IMG/VR virus record: IMGVR_UViG_3300032270_000543
Coordinates: 1-64,000 of that record
Reading direction: 5' to 3' (one strand)
Source: a virus
Lineage: Duplodnaviria; Caudoviricetes
DNA: 64,000 bases
The notes beneath the pieces were generated by a model that did no database searches, was not told where the DNA came from, and saw only the letters and a program-made list of their open reading frames with translations. The position numbers and the translations under genes are program-made. This document shows positions 33,661 to 42,702 of this stretch, in pieces; within the stretch, counting starts at the first letter, position 1; every line of letters begins with the position of its first letter.

Positions 33661-35757
33661 TTAGCCGCCAACTTCGGTGAAACTTACGCCAGTCTTTGTG
33701 GCAATAAAGTTCAGCGAGATAAAGTTGATGCTACGGGTGGGCTTGACGAAAATATCGGCTACAAACTCATTGCGGTCGATTACTTCGCCAGTATTGTTGC
33801 TTTCATCGCAGACCACCTTGAAATCGGTGATACCACGGCGAGCGGTTACCGTCTTGAGGAACGGAGTAACCAAGTTCACGAACTGTGCGCGAGTGAACGC
33901 ATCGTTCTGCTCGAACAGGAAGAACTTGGAAGCCGTTGCAATTGCCTTTTCAAGTACGATGAAGAGGCGACGGACATTGATGCGGTCAAAAGCAGACGGC
34001 TTGGTCTGTGCAGTCTTGTCTCCGTAGAGGATGACTCCCTGACCAGGGAACGACACGACTGGATTCACCTGACGGCTGTAAAGTTCGTCGCGGTGAGCCT
34101 CTTGTGTGGCGTTGTAGGGCAGTTTGACCACATTCTTGATCTGACCACGGTTGAAACCAGCGGGGCTGAACCACGCTTCGTTGGTGAACTCTGTACGAGC
34201 CACCAGACCAGCGATGTCGGGGTTCAGGGGCATGACACGAACAATGTTGTTGTAGGTGTCAAGTTGCTGCTTCCATCCGCTGTCGATGACTGCGTAAGAC
34301 GAATTGATGTTGAGTGTGCTGTCGCGGAAAGTCTTGATGCTGTTCAAGGCTTCATACGGCAACTTATTGACAACATCGGTCTGCGCTGGCGAGATGAACG
34401 CCATGCAGTCCAAACGCTTCTCGCAGAGATTCTGAACAATCAGTTTGGTCAGAGTAGCGGAAGCATTGCCTGTTGGAAGCAGAGACACATCGTATGCGTC
34501 TGCATCGGCAAACTTGCTCCAACCATTGCTCCAACGCACCGAATCATCAGCAAGAGCGTCAGCAGAACCAGTGAGTCCAAGCGAGTTTACACCAAAACCA
34601 ACAGTGCTTGCTGCGGACAGTGGCGAACCAACCGAGGTCCAGTTGGTCTTGTCCGATGTAAAGGCTGTGTCAGCCTGAACATCCTGCGACAGTGCCCACA
34701 CATAGGTTGACTGATCGTTGATCACTGTGCGATAGTAGTTGCTGCTGCCATCGAACTTGCGAGCATCCGAAGCGCGCGACAGTGCCTCAAACTTCTCAAT
34801 CAGACCGTTTGCGGTGCCAGTCCACTTGCCGTCCTTGTCAAGAACAAGGACATTGATATTGTCACCACTTCCACCCTTGCTGTCAGCGTAGGCAGTTGTT
34901 GTGGCTGTGTTGCTGACATACTTGGCGTAAACGCTCTTGATGTTGAAGGTGTTTCCTGCCGCCTGTGCCTTGGGCAGCGGAGAAGACAGATTCAGACGGA
35001 AAGCAGCATAGGTTGTACCCCATGAAGCGGAAGCAGCGTTCCAACCAGTTGTAACACCGATGATATCAGAATATGTGCCTGTGGTGGCAGTTCCGAACGA
35101 AGCGTTGTAAGCAGCAGTTGTGCCTGGAACAGTGCCACTAGCCAACTGCACGCTGGCAACACTTGCCTGTGTTCCGTCTGTGAAGACAACATCATCTCCC
35201 ACAGCGAAGTATCCAGCAGCACCCGAGGTGCCTGCGTACATATCAATGAAGGTGGCTCCGAGAGAAGCAGCAACCGCCAACGAAGCACCAGTAATTCCTG
35301 TGCCGTTGGTGATTACAACCTTGATGCTGTTACCAAGATCGCCAGGATACTTGGAAGCAAACAGAACACCGTTGGTGGCAGGAGTCGATCCAAGCACGCC
35401 TGCGCTTGCGCCGAAATCGGTTTCGTTGTTGATGATGAGATTCAGACCGTTGGTGGCGGTAGTTCCGCTCTTGATAGCGTGGCTGTTGTATGCCGTGGCA
35501 CCAACAACGCGAACAACTTGCATATTGTTGCCGTAGGCAAGGAAGTTGCCAACAGAGAAGAAGTCCACATAGTTGTCGTTCTCTGGAGTTCCGAAGATTT
35601 TAGCCAGTTCGTTCTGGCTGGTGACGGTCACTACCTCGTTCACTGGTCCCCAGTGGAAGTAGCCTGCGTAACCACCAGGTGTGGTGGCAACCGCAGGAAC
35701 GATTGTGGTCAGGTCGATTTCTTTGATGCTTACGCCAGGGCTTACTCTAAATGCCAT
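33661..35757 (-). CDS. 18: tail sheath protein gp18
   Basis: SPGVSIKEIDLT, WFSPAGFNRG, GDKT...SAFDRINVRRLF and VCDESNNT..VIDRNEF motifs. Confidence 0.98.
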   Translation of the reverse strand: MAFRVSPGVSIKEIDLTTIVPAVATTPGGYAGYFHWGPVNEVVTVTSQNELAKIFGTPENDNYVDFFSVGNFLAYGNNMQVVRVVGATAYNSHAIKSGTTATNGLNLIINNETDFGASAGVLGSTPATNGVLFASKYPGDLGNSIKVVITNGTGITGASLAVAASLGATFIDMYAGTSGAAGYFAVGDDVVFTDGTQASVASVQLASGTVPGTTAAYNASFGTATTGTYSDIIGVTTGWNAASASWGTTYAAFRLNLSSPLPKAQAAGNTFNIKSVYAKYVSNTATTTAYADSKGGSGDNINVLVLDKDGKWTGTANGLIEKFEALSRASDARKFDGSSNYYRTVINDQSTYVWALSQDVQADTAFTSDKTNWTSVGSPLSAASTVGFGVNSLGLTGSADALADDSVRWSNGWSKFADADAYDVSLLPTGNASATLTKLIVQNLCEKRLDCMAFISPAQTDVVNKLPYEALNSIKTFRDSTLNINSSYAVIDSGWKQQLDTYNNIVRVMPLNPDIAGLVARTEFTNEAWFSPAGFNRGQIKNVVKLPYNATQEAHRDELYSRQVNPVVSFPGQGVILYGDKTAQTKPSAFDRINVRRLFIVLEKAIATASKFFLFEQNDAFTRAQFVNLVTPFLKTVTARRGITDFKVVCDESNNTGEVIDRNEFVADIFVKPTRSINFISLNFIATKTGVSFTEVGG

Positions 35758-35813
35758 TTTGGGTTCTCCTTCGTGAAGAAGTCAATTTTGACTGCGCTTC
35801 TGCTTGTATGTAT

Positions 35814-35820
35814 TATTTAG
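35814..35820 (-). promoter_or_regulatory. late-promoter motif CTAAATA upstream of gp18
   Basis: Intergenic; a small AGTCAA-AA-TTGACT inverted repeat (35780-35793) lies in the leader. Confidence 0.75.
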
Positions 35821-35836
35821 AAGATTCACGAATGGG

Positions 35837-37507
35837 TTAGAAACTCCACCCCATATCTAGGTTTTCTTGCTGTCCCATTTTCCATGCGGTGCCGTTTCCG
35901 TCAACAATATGCGTTTCGGATGAACCGTCATCCACAAAGCCAAACGGGGTCATTTCCTCTTCCAAAACCTTCATTTGATCCTCGTATAGATCCTTGCGGA
36001 TGTCGCTGCCAGTGATCTGTTTGAAATATGCCTGTGTAGTTAGCCATCCAAACAGCACCAGCGTCATCACCAAGTCATCGTGATGGTTTTCTTCAGCCTC
36101 GAACGAGTCGCCCTTTGCAACAAAGGAGCAGAACTCGTCTACGGTATTAAAGTCCTCAACAATTAGTTTGGTGTCTTCAATCAGATTTTTCAGAATGGAG
36201 CAGCCAATCCTCTTTACTGCCGTGGAGGTTTTTACGCCCTTCATGGACGAACCTTTTCCTCCAAAGCCTCCGTTCACCACCTGACCCTTACGACCCTGCA
36301 TTGACACATAGATCACATTGTCGTACTCCAATTCATCGTGCAGGATGTCTGCAACCTGACCGCCAATATCGTTCACCTCAATAAGGCAGTACGAATTGTT
36401 GTACTGCCGCAGTATGGGATAGATGGCATTGGGGTACAACATGGGCGGCATTTCATTATTTCGAAATGTAGCCACAACTTTGTACGGCATGGACGACACA
36501 TCAATCACCGAATACGCATGGTAGTCGAGTCCCTGTCCCCGCGCCGTGTCCACCACCGTGATGTATTTGTGGTTGGGAACGGGTTTGTGATACACCCGCA
36601 ATCCCTCACCATTCCAATATTCAGGAGTCTTATACACCAAACACTTGAGTTTTTCAGGATGCACAAGGGTGTGCATGGAGCCAAGAAACTCGCACTCAAA
36701 CTCAGTGCGGAACTGCTCTTCGCTAGTGTTTGCAATGGTCTGCTTTTTCCACTTTTCATCACGACCAGGCACATCGCTCCAATGCACCTCCATTGGTACA
36801 TAGTCATTTTTGCCTTCTTCACCAGGCTTCTTGTTGGCATTCACCCAGAAGCGGTAGAACATATTCAAGCCCTTGGGGGTCGAAATGATCGTGACCTTCG
36901 TGCTTTGACCGCTGGTGATGGTTGGATACACGGACGAGAAAAACTCTTCCGCAACATTCTGCGGAACATACGCAAACTCGTCAAGGAAGATGTAGTTGAA
37001 CGATCCACCACGCACAGCAGACGAAGATGTGGCAGACGCAAGAATCTTGGAGCCGTTCTCCAGTACGATTGATCCCTTGTTCCACTCCACCACGCCCTGC
37101 TGCAACCACATGGGCAGATACTCGTAGGCTAACTGCAAACGCCCAAGCAGTTCGCGGGCTGTGGTCAACTTGTTCGCAAGAATCGCAACACTCATGCTCT
37201 GATTGAACAGAACATAGTGGAGAAGATACGCGATGATCGTGGTGGATTTACCTGTCTGACGGGGCAGTTTGCCGATCACGAAACGGTTTTCGTGAATGGT
37301 GCGGATCATGTTCTCCTGATAGTCATACGGCTCAAACGGCACCAAGCCCTTGTCAAGCGACACGATCTTCACATAGTTCTTGATGAAGTACAGGGGATCT
37401 TGTGAGCATTTCACATATTCCTCAATCTGCTCGGGAGAGAAGTTGACATTCACCCCCGCTGCCTTGAGGTTGGAGTTTCCCAAATATTTGGTGCTGCGAT
37501 TACTCAT
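35837..37507 (-). CDS. 17: terminase large subunit gp17
   Basis: PRQTGKST, IFLDEFA, ISTPKG, EFECEF and HDDLVM motifs; uninterrupted (no intein or intron). Confidence 0.98.
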   Translation of the reverse strand: MSNRSTKYLGNSNLKAAGVNVNFSPEQIEEYVKCSQDPLYFIKNYVKIVSLDKGLVPFEPYDYQENMIRTIHENRFVIGKLPRQTGKSTTIIAYLLHYVLFNQSMSVAILANKLTTARELLGRLQLAYEYLPMWLQQGVVEWNKGSIVLENGSKILASATSSSAVRGGSFNYIFLDEFAYVPQNVAEEFFSSVYPTITSGQSTKVTIISTPKGLNMFYRFWVNANKKPGEEGKNDYVPMEVHWSDVPGRDEKWKKQTIANTSEEQFRTEFECEFLGSMHTLVHPEKLKCLVYKTPEYWNGEGLRVYHKPVPNHKYITVVDTARGQGLDYHAYSVIDVSSMPYKVVATFRNNEMPPMLYPNAIYPILRQYNNSYCLIEVNDIGGQVADILHDELEYDNVIYVSMQGRKGQVVNGGFGGKGSSMKGVKTSTAVKRIGCSILKNLIEDTKLIVEDFNTVDEFCSFVAKGDSFEAEENHHDDLVMTLVLFGWLTTQAYFKQITGSDIRKDLYEDQMKVLEEEMTPFGFVDDGSSETHIVDGNGTAWKMGQQENLDMGWSF

Positions 37508-38006
37508 TGGTCTTGTCGTCTTCTATGATCTGCCGCACATCGGGGCGATTATCGAACGCCTTTGTGGACGAACGCGCAGAGTTGATTATGTCCTGTAGTT
37601 CCTTGGTGGAACCCACATAGATGGACTGATTGGTAGTGCTGTTGTTAGTCACGCTCTGATCCACCTTGCGGATGGTCTTCACGCGGTTGTGCAGATCCAT
37701 GAGTTCCCGATTGGTTTCGGAAAGCGTCTTGATCATTTGGGCTACAACCTCATAAGCCCGTGGCGAGTCGCCCTCCTGCGCCACCTGAATCACGCCGTCA
37801 AGCGCGTTCTTGCCCATGTCAACTAGTTCCTTCAGATTGTCGCGCACCAGTTGATAGTCTGTCTTGAGGTCTTTCTCAAGCCGTTCATCCGTCAATGGGA
37901 CGGGATCAACCTTGGCAACGATTGCGTTCTGCGGAACACCTTCACCACTCAAGGGCTGGCTTGGCTGTACGCCAAGTGCCTTTTCAATATTGTCAAATCC
38001 ACTCAT
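37500..38006 (-). CDS. 16: terminase small subunit gp16
   Basis: DY..VR.NL..L...G..AL......A....PRAYEV and N.IYVGST.ELQ motifs. Confidence 0.92.
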   Translation of the reverse strand: MSGFDNIEKALGVQPSQPLSGEGVPQNAIVAKVDPVPLTDERLEKDLKTDYQLVRDNLKELVDMGKNALDGVIQVAQEGDSPRAYEVVAQMIKTLSETNRELMDLHNRVKTIRKVDQSVTNNSTTNQSIYVGSTKELQDIINSARSSTKAFDNRPDVRQIIEDDKTNE

Positions 38007-38016
38007 AGTCTACCTC

Positions 38017-38889
38017 TCAAAGATTCCAATCAACAGTGATGCCTCCAGATGCCATTCCTGATGCGTATGTGCTTCCGCCTGCTGGCTTGTCGTTCTGATA
38101 CACCTTGGCATACGGCTCGTAATTGTTCATGTTGGAGTTGGCACCGCTCGGACCACTGATGCCGTCCGTGATCAACACATAGTTTGGAGTATCAGTGGTA
38201 TTTCCTGGCTGATACGAAATTCCACCGAGGAAGTTGTCTCCAAACACATCGTAGTTCCACAGTCCTGCCTGCATGACACGAATTTCTTTGTAGTTCTTGG
38301 TGGGACCAAACAAGTAGGTCTTCATCGTGAAGTTCAAAGTAAAGATGATGCTTCGTCTAGTTGTGAAGTCGCCTTCGTAGTCTTCTTCCGTTGAAACGGA
38401 GTTCAAGTAGATAGGAACATCAACCTTGGTGTTAATGGAATCAAAGTTCACCGTGACAACAAACTCAGGAGAAAAGTATGGAAGAATCTGCTCAACAATA
38501 CGCAATCCATCATCCATGTTACGAACATAGATGTATAGTCCAAAGTCAATGTTGTATGGAACTTCGGCGTAAGTGTAATCCACCTTGGATGGATTTGATG
38601 TTGTGGGGCGAACAACATGACGAGCAAGCGAGTTTCTTTTTCTTGACGGATCGTAATTGTATCCCGTGATCTCAAAAGCCATGCGAGGTAACACGATCTG
38701 ATTGGGATTGTTCAGATATGGATCGCCTGCAAGACGCACCTTGTATTTTTCTTTAGGGGAATATGCAAGGGGAACAAGAAACTGCTTTGTGCCATCGCTT
38801 TCGATCTTGTCAATGTATAGCGAGTTGAACAGCGATCCGAACGCTACAACCATCTTGCGAATTGTGCCATTGTAGAAGTTCGTGAACAT
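38017..38889 (-). CDS. 15: tail sheath stabiliser / terminator gp15
   Basis: FY...IRK.VVAFG.LFN, VPLAY.PKEK, LPRMAFEI and IVEQILPYF.P motifs. Confidence 0.95.
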   Translation of the reverse strand: MFTNFYNGTIRKMVVAFGSLFNSLYIDKIESDGTKQFLVPLAYSPKEKYKVRLAGDPYLNNPNQIVLPRMAFEITGYNYDPSRKRNSLARHVVRPTTSNPSKVDYTYAEVPYNIDFGLYIYVRNMDDGLRIVEQILPYFSPEFVVTVNFDSINTKVDVPIYLNSVSTEEDYEGDFTTRRSIIFTLNFTMKTYLFGPTKNYKEIRVMQAGLWNYDVFGDNFLGGISYQPGNTTDTPNYVLITDGISGPSGANSNMNNYEPYAKVYQNDKPAGGSTYASGMASGGITVDWNL

Positions 38890-39773
38890 CAGTAGTTGCC
38901 TTCCGAGAACGGATCCTTCTCCGTGAAGTCGAAGATGTTGTCGCGGTTTGTCTCAAGATCAATCTGTCCGTTGTCCTGCTGATCTTCGTGGTCGATGCGC
39001 GTGTCTGTGTCTGCGATTGAGCCAACAGTATATGAAGCACCGCTGACAACTCCAATAAGAAGATCGCCAATTTGGAACTTGCCTTCCTGCATATTGACAT
39101 TGACAACCTTCGAACCAACGATAGGAGTCACGAAACTCACCACCGTGGCGTAAGCCTTCTTTTGATCCACGGGACCAGTGTAAATCTGTTCGCCTGCCGC
39201 GAAAGTTCCATTTCCGCTCGACAAGGTGATCCCCTGCATATACGAGGAGTAAGTGGACACGATTGTGTCCATCTCTGTCTCGCCTGTGTTGAACTTCTCG
39301 CTGCTGGACTTGAATGCTTCACAGTCCAACTTGAACGAATAGCGGTCGCCGCCTGGATAGAAAGGATTGTCGTGTTTGACGAACTTGATCTCAAACAGAT
39401 TGTATGGATAGTCAAAGAAGATCAGGTCGCCTTCACGGGGACGCTGAACTCTGCGAATATCGGGATGATGCCCCATGACTTCCATGAATCGCTTTCGGGA
39501 AACAATGAAAGTGGCACTGTCGCGGATGTCAAGACCAAAACGACTCATCTCTGATTCGCCCTGATAACCCTCGGCATCCTCAAGATACATTTCGATGCGG
39601 TTAGCATCGTAGAACTCCGACACCTCTTCACCCAGAATCTTGTCGTTCTGTACCGTTTCTCGCGGAATGTAGATCATCTCATGCCCGTGGATCTTGATCG
39701 CCTCGGTCGTGAGTGATTCAAGGAGATTCTGCTCTCCCTTTACATTCCTGCGAAAATACGGATTGATGGTCAT
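38889..39773 (-). CDS. 14: neck protein gp14
   Basis: NPYF, EQ.L.E.L..EAIKI.G, RP.EGDLIF and DFTEKDPF.E motifs. Confidence 0.93.
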   Translation of the reverse strand: MTINPYFRRNVKGEQNLLESLTTEAIKIHGHEMIYIPRETVQNDKILGEEVSEFYDANRIEMYLEDAEGYQGESEMSRFGLDIRDSATFIVSRKRFMEVMGHHPDIRRVQRPREGDLIFFDYPYNLFEIKFVKHDNPFYPGGDRYSFKLDCEAFKSSSEKFNTGETEMDTIVSTYSSYMQGITLSSGNGTFAAGEQIYTGPVDQKKAYATVVSFVTPIVGSKVVNVNMQEGKFQIGDLLIGVVSGASYTVGSIADTDTRIDHEDQQDNGQIDLETNRDNIFDFTEKDPFSEGNY

Positions 39774-39775
39774 GT

Positions 39776-40540
39776 TTATCCTGTGATGAAGTCAGGTGGT
39801 TCCTGATAGGTGGTCAATACTTGTTCTTCAATCTTAGCAATCTCTTCTAGGGCTTCCTGATAGATACGCTGACCATTGAAGGTGATGTTTCCTGGCAGCG
39901 GGATGCCCTCGTACTTCGACAGGTTCGCACCCCACTGCCTTTTGATTAGAGCCGTTGTATATTTCTTCAGCATGGGGTCTTCGTAGACCTTGCTGAATGT
40001 ATCAGGATCAAGTCCCGTGTACGCTTCAATCAACAAGTACTGACCGACTACAAAGTCTCCCCAGTTCATGTGAATGGTAAGGCGATCCTTGTAACGGCTG
40101 TAGGTGACTTGTTTTTCGGGATCAAGCAGTTGCTGCAACATCTCAATGTACTGCATGGTAGACACGAAGAAATTCAAGTTCATCTGTCCTGTACGCAGAC
40201 CGTAGAAGTCATTGAGTGCCATCTGGTAGCGCACATTGAACACATTGTTGATCTGTAGATTGAAGCCTACCTGAAACACACGGCTAACGGAAATGACTTC
40301 ACCGTTTTCGGGATCAAGGTTTGCCGTGCTGATGTAGCCGTTGGCTTGATCCTGTGTGGTGACCTGGTACTTGTAGTACTTCTTTTCGGTGGCAAAGGAG
40401 TTCCAGTCAAGGAAATAGCGCAACGCCTCGTCAATACGATCCTCAACCTGTGAATCGTCAACATTGATTTCGATTACAGGTGCGCCCAAAGCGCGGAGGC
40501 AATAGTCTTTGAGTTCTTGTCGTGTCCGAGGATGCGCCAT
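39776..40540 (-). CDS. 13: neck protein gp13
   Basis: L.DYCLR.LGAPVIEINVD..QVEDRIDEAL and KRQWGANLSKY.G..LPG.IT.NG motifs. Confidence 0.95.
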   Translation of the reverse strand: MAHPRTRQELKDYCLRALGAPVIEINVDDSQVEDRIDEALRYFLDWNSFATEKKYYKYQVTTQDQANGYISTANLDPENGEVISVSRVFQVGFNLQINNVFNVRYQMALNDFYGLRTGQMNLNFFVSTMQYIEMLQQLLDPEKQVTYSRYKDRLTIHMNWGDFVVGQYLLIEAYTGLDPDTFSKVYEDPMLKKYTTALIKRQWGANLSKYEGIPLPGNITFNGQRIYQEALEEIAKIEEQVLTTYQEPPDFITG

Positions 40541-40558
40541 TCCGTTCTCCTTTTCAAG

Positions 40559-40565
40559 TATTTAG
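40559..40565 (-). promoter_or_regulatory. late-promoter motif CTAAATA upstream of gp13
   Basis: About 19 nt before the ATG, followed by AAGGAG. Confidence 0.75.
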
Positions 40566-40843
40566 GAGACTTGCGTGCCTTCGGTTTCCCGTTCTAAACG
40601 CTTAACAAGACGGGCAAGTTCATCCTCACGGAGACAAATCTTGTCGCAATACGGATCATCAAGTGGAAGGTACACCGTGTTCCGCCCGTCCGTGATGTAG
40701 TGTCTTACTCCCTTTTCATACACACGGATCGGAAAGTCATATGACACGGAGTACCGAGGTTCTAGTTTCAAAAAATCACAAAACCTGTACTCGTTGTTGT
40801 TGATCCGTATCGTGTCGTTGCGTCCATGATGAATAAGTTTCAC
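40562..40843 (-). CDS. hypothetical protein (93 aa)
   Basis: Fills the gap between the LamG-like gene and gp13. Confidence 0.65.
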   Translation of the reverse strand: MKLIHHGRNDTIRINNNEYRFCDFLKLEPRYSVSYDFPIRVYEKGVRHYITDGRNTVYLPLDDPYCDKICLREDELARLVKRLERETEGTQVS

Positions 40844-40845
40844 GA

Positions 40846-42687
40846 TTAAACCTCATCAATTCCTATGATGCCCTTAATGTCGATGACAGCCTGAGTTTCA
40901 GGAGTATTTGTCTTCTTTGTTGCTCTGGCTTTTCCACTCAAGTACAGCATTCCACTTGAATCCACACGAGGAGCAAGTTTCTGTATCACACCAGAATCAG
41001 AAATTCCGTTTAGAGACAGCAAATTTGTTGCGTTAGTTACCCCTGCAATTGCATTTCTATATGTGGTTCCCGCCGCAAAAGCATTTGCCTGATAGTTAAC
41101 AATGTCTCCGTACAGATTTTTGATTCCACCTGTAGAGAAGGTGTACATATTACCTTCGAAATCGGACAGGTAGTATGTTCCCGTGCTTCCAACAATAGTG
41201 ATGTTGTCGTACAGGCTGCGTACCATTGAAACATTTGCCGCAACAGGCATGAAACTAAATGTTCTGCCAGAGAACGATCCCGCAGTTCCACGAAGCAGCA
41301 GCGGGAAATCTCCAACCGAACCGCAAGTTCCGCGCATAGCCGTGGAACCAAACAGGTAAGTAATGGTGTGGTCTACGAGCGATCCCTTCACTTTTTGCAA
41401 ATCAGCAAGAACATATCCTGATGTGACTCCCGAAATCACCATGCACGCGCCACTGTTGTATCCAAACAAATACCCCGAATTAGAGGCAGAACTAGAGCCA
41501 GTGTGTCCGCCGTTCAAACCAGTGAACAAGGTTGTGCCGTGGTTTGATGTGTTTTCACGATTCACATTTGCAACACCAATCTTTCCGCCAAGAGTATCGG
41601 TGAATGTCACAGTGGAAATCACACGCTTAGTGCTTGCACAGGGAAACAGACTGCTGCCAACAGGACCATTCATGGTCAGCGCATATACCGTATAATCGCC
41701 TGCGAATTGAGCCGCTGCATCTGTGGGTGCTGTCAAACCGTGATTGAACTCACGCAAAGCAGTAGTTACACCTCCCATGCTGACCATTATGTGTTCAACC
41801 CAACCCTTGAATGGGCGGTCGCCTGAAGCACCGCTACCGAGCATGAAATATCCAGTGCTGTTCTTGAGATATCCCGTGATTCCTGTGGTTTGGGCGTAAC
41901 GATTGCCGTTCCAATACGATGAAACACACGCCGAACCACCCTGATTGGAATACGCAATCGCAAATTGGTGCCACTGATTCAGGGTAACTCCGTTTGCAGG
42001 AGACACATTTGTGATGGCTTGATAGCCAGCACTGCCGTAGTTTGTGGTGGCAAAGTGGAACTGCAACTGCTTATTGCTTGTATCATATTCCAAACGGAAC
42101 GAATCATTTGTGTTATCCGTTTTTCCATTGCTGCTACGAGTCACGATGATGGGATCGTATGCGCCACTTGGCTCCGCTTCAAGATACACGAAACCAGACA
42201 ACATGAAGTACGGAACCGTTGTGGTAGTGAAAGACGGCAACTGCAATCCTGCTGCCTTGGTGTCCGTGTCGAGATACGAACCCATGAACTGAATGGAACG
42301 ATTTCCAAGTTCTGGTCCGCTTATACCGATGGTTCCAACTGTTGGATTGTAATCAGTAGCCGTGACACCAGACAGGGTAAGATTGTTCACAATAACGGGA
42401 ATGTACTGTCCTTGGAAGACAGTTTCATCCACTTGGAAGTTGCCGTAAATTGTTCCAAATAGGATTTGTTCCGTGGCAGGACTCACCAAAATTTGACTAT
42501 TGTAGGTGCTGCCATCAGGATTGCGTAGAGTCTTTGTGGAAGAAACCGATGGCAGATCAGCAGCCACAACGAAAGGAATCTCATTGGGAGAAAACGATGC
42601 TGTCATAAAGTTGGAGTAATCGTATCCGTTTACTTCGCGGATTACTTCACCAGTCTTGCGATTTGTAACTATGAGTTTCTTGTTCAT
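40846..42687 (-). CDS. virion protein with a LamG/concanavalin-A-like domain
   Basis: FMLSGFVY...LNQWHQFAIAY...YWNG...MLGSG...FKGWVEHIMVS LamG pattern. Confidence 0.65.
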   Translation of the reverse strand: MNKKLIVTNRKTGEVIREVNGYDYSNFMTASFSPNEIPFVVAADLPSVSSTKTLRNPDGSTYNSQILVSPATEQILFGTIYGNFQVDETVFQGQYIPVIVNNLTLSGVTATDYNPTVGTIGISGPELGNRSIQFMGSYLDTDTKAAGLQLPSFTTTTVPYFMLSGFVYLEAEPSGAYDPIIVTRSSNGKTDNTNDSFRLEYDTSNKQLQFHFATTNYGSAGYQAITNVSPANGVTLNQWHQFAIAYSNQGGSACVSSYWNGNRYAQTTGITGYLKNSTGYFMLGSGASGDRPFKGWVEHIMVSMGGVTTALREFNHGLTAPTDAAAQFAGDYTVYALTMNGPVGSSLFPCASTKRVISTVTFTDTLGGKIGVANVNRENTSNHGTTLFTGLNGGHTGSSSASNSGYLFGYNSGACMVISGVTSGYVLADLQKVKGSLVDHTITYLFGSTAMRGTCGSVGDFPLLLRGTAGSFSGRTFSFMPVAANVSMVRSLYDNITIVGSTGTYYLSDFEGNMYTFSTGGIKNLYGDIVNYQANAFAAGTTYRNAIAGVTNATNLLSLNGISDSGVIQKLAPRVDSSGMLYLSGKARATKKTNTPETQAVIDIKGIIGIDEV

Positions 42688-42702
42688 GGATAGCCTGTTT
42701 CT

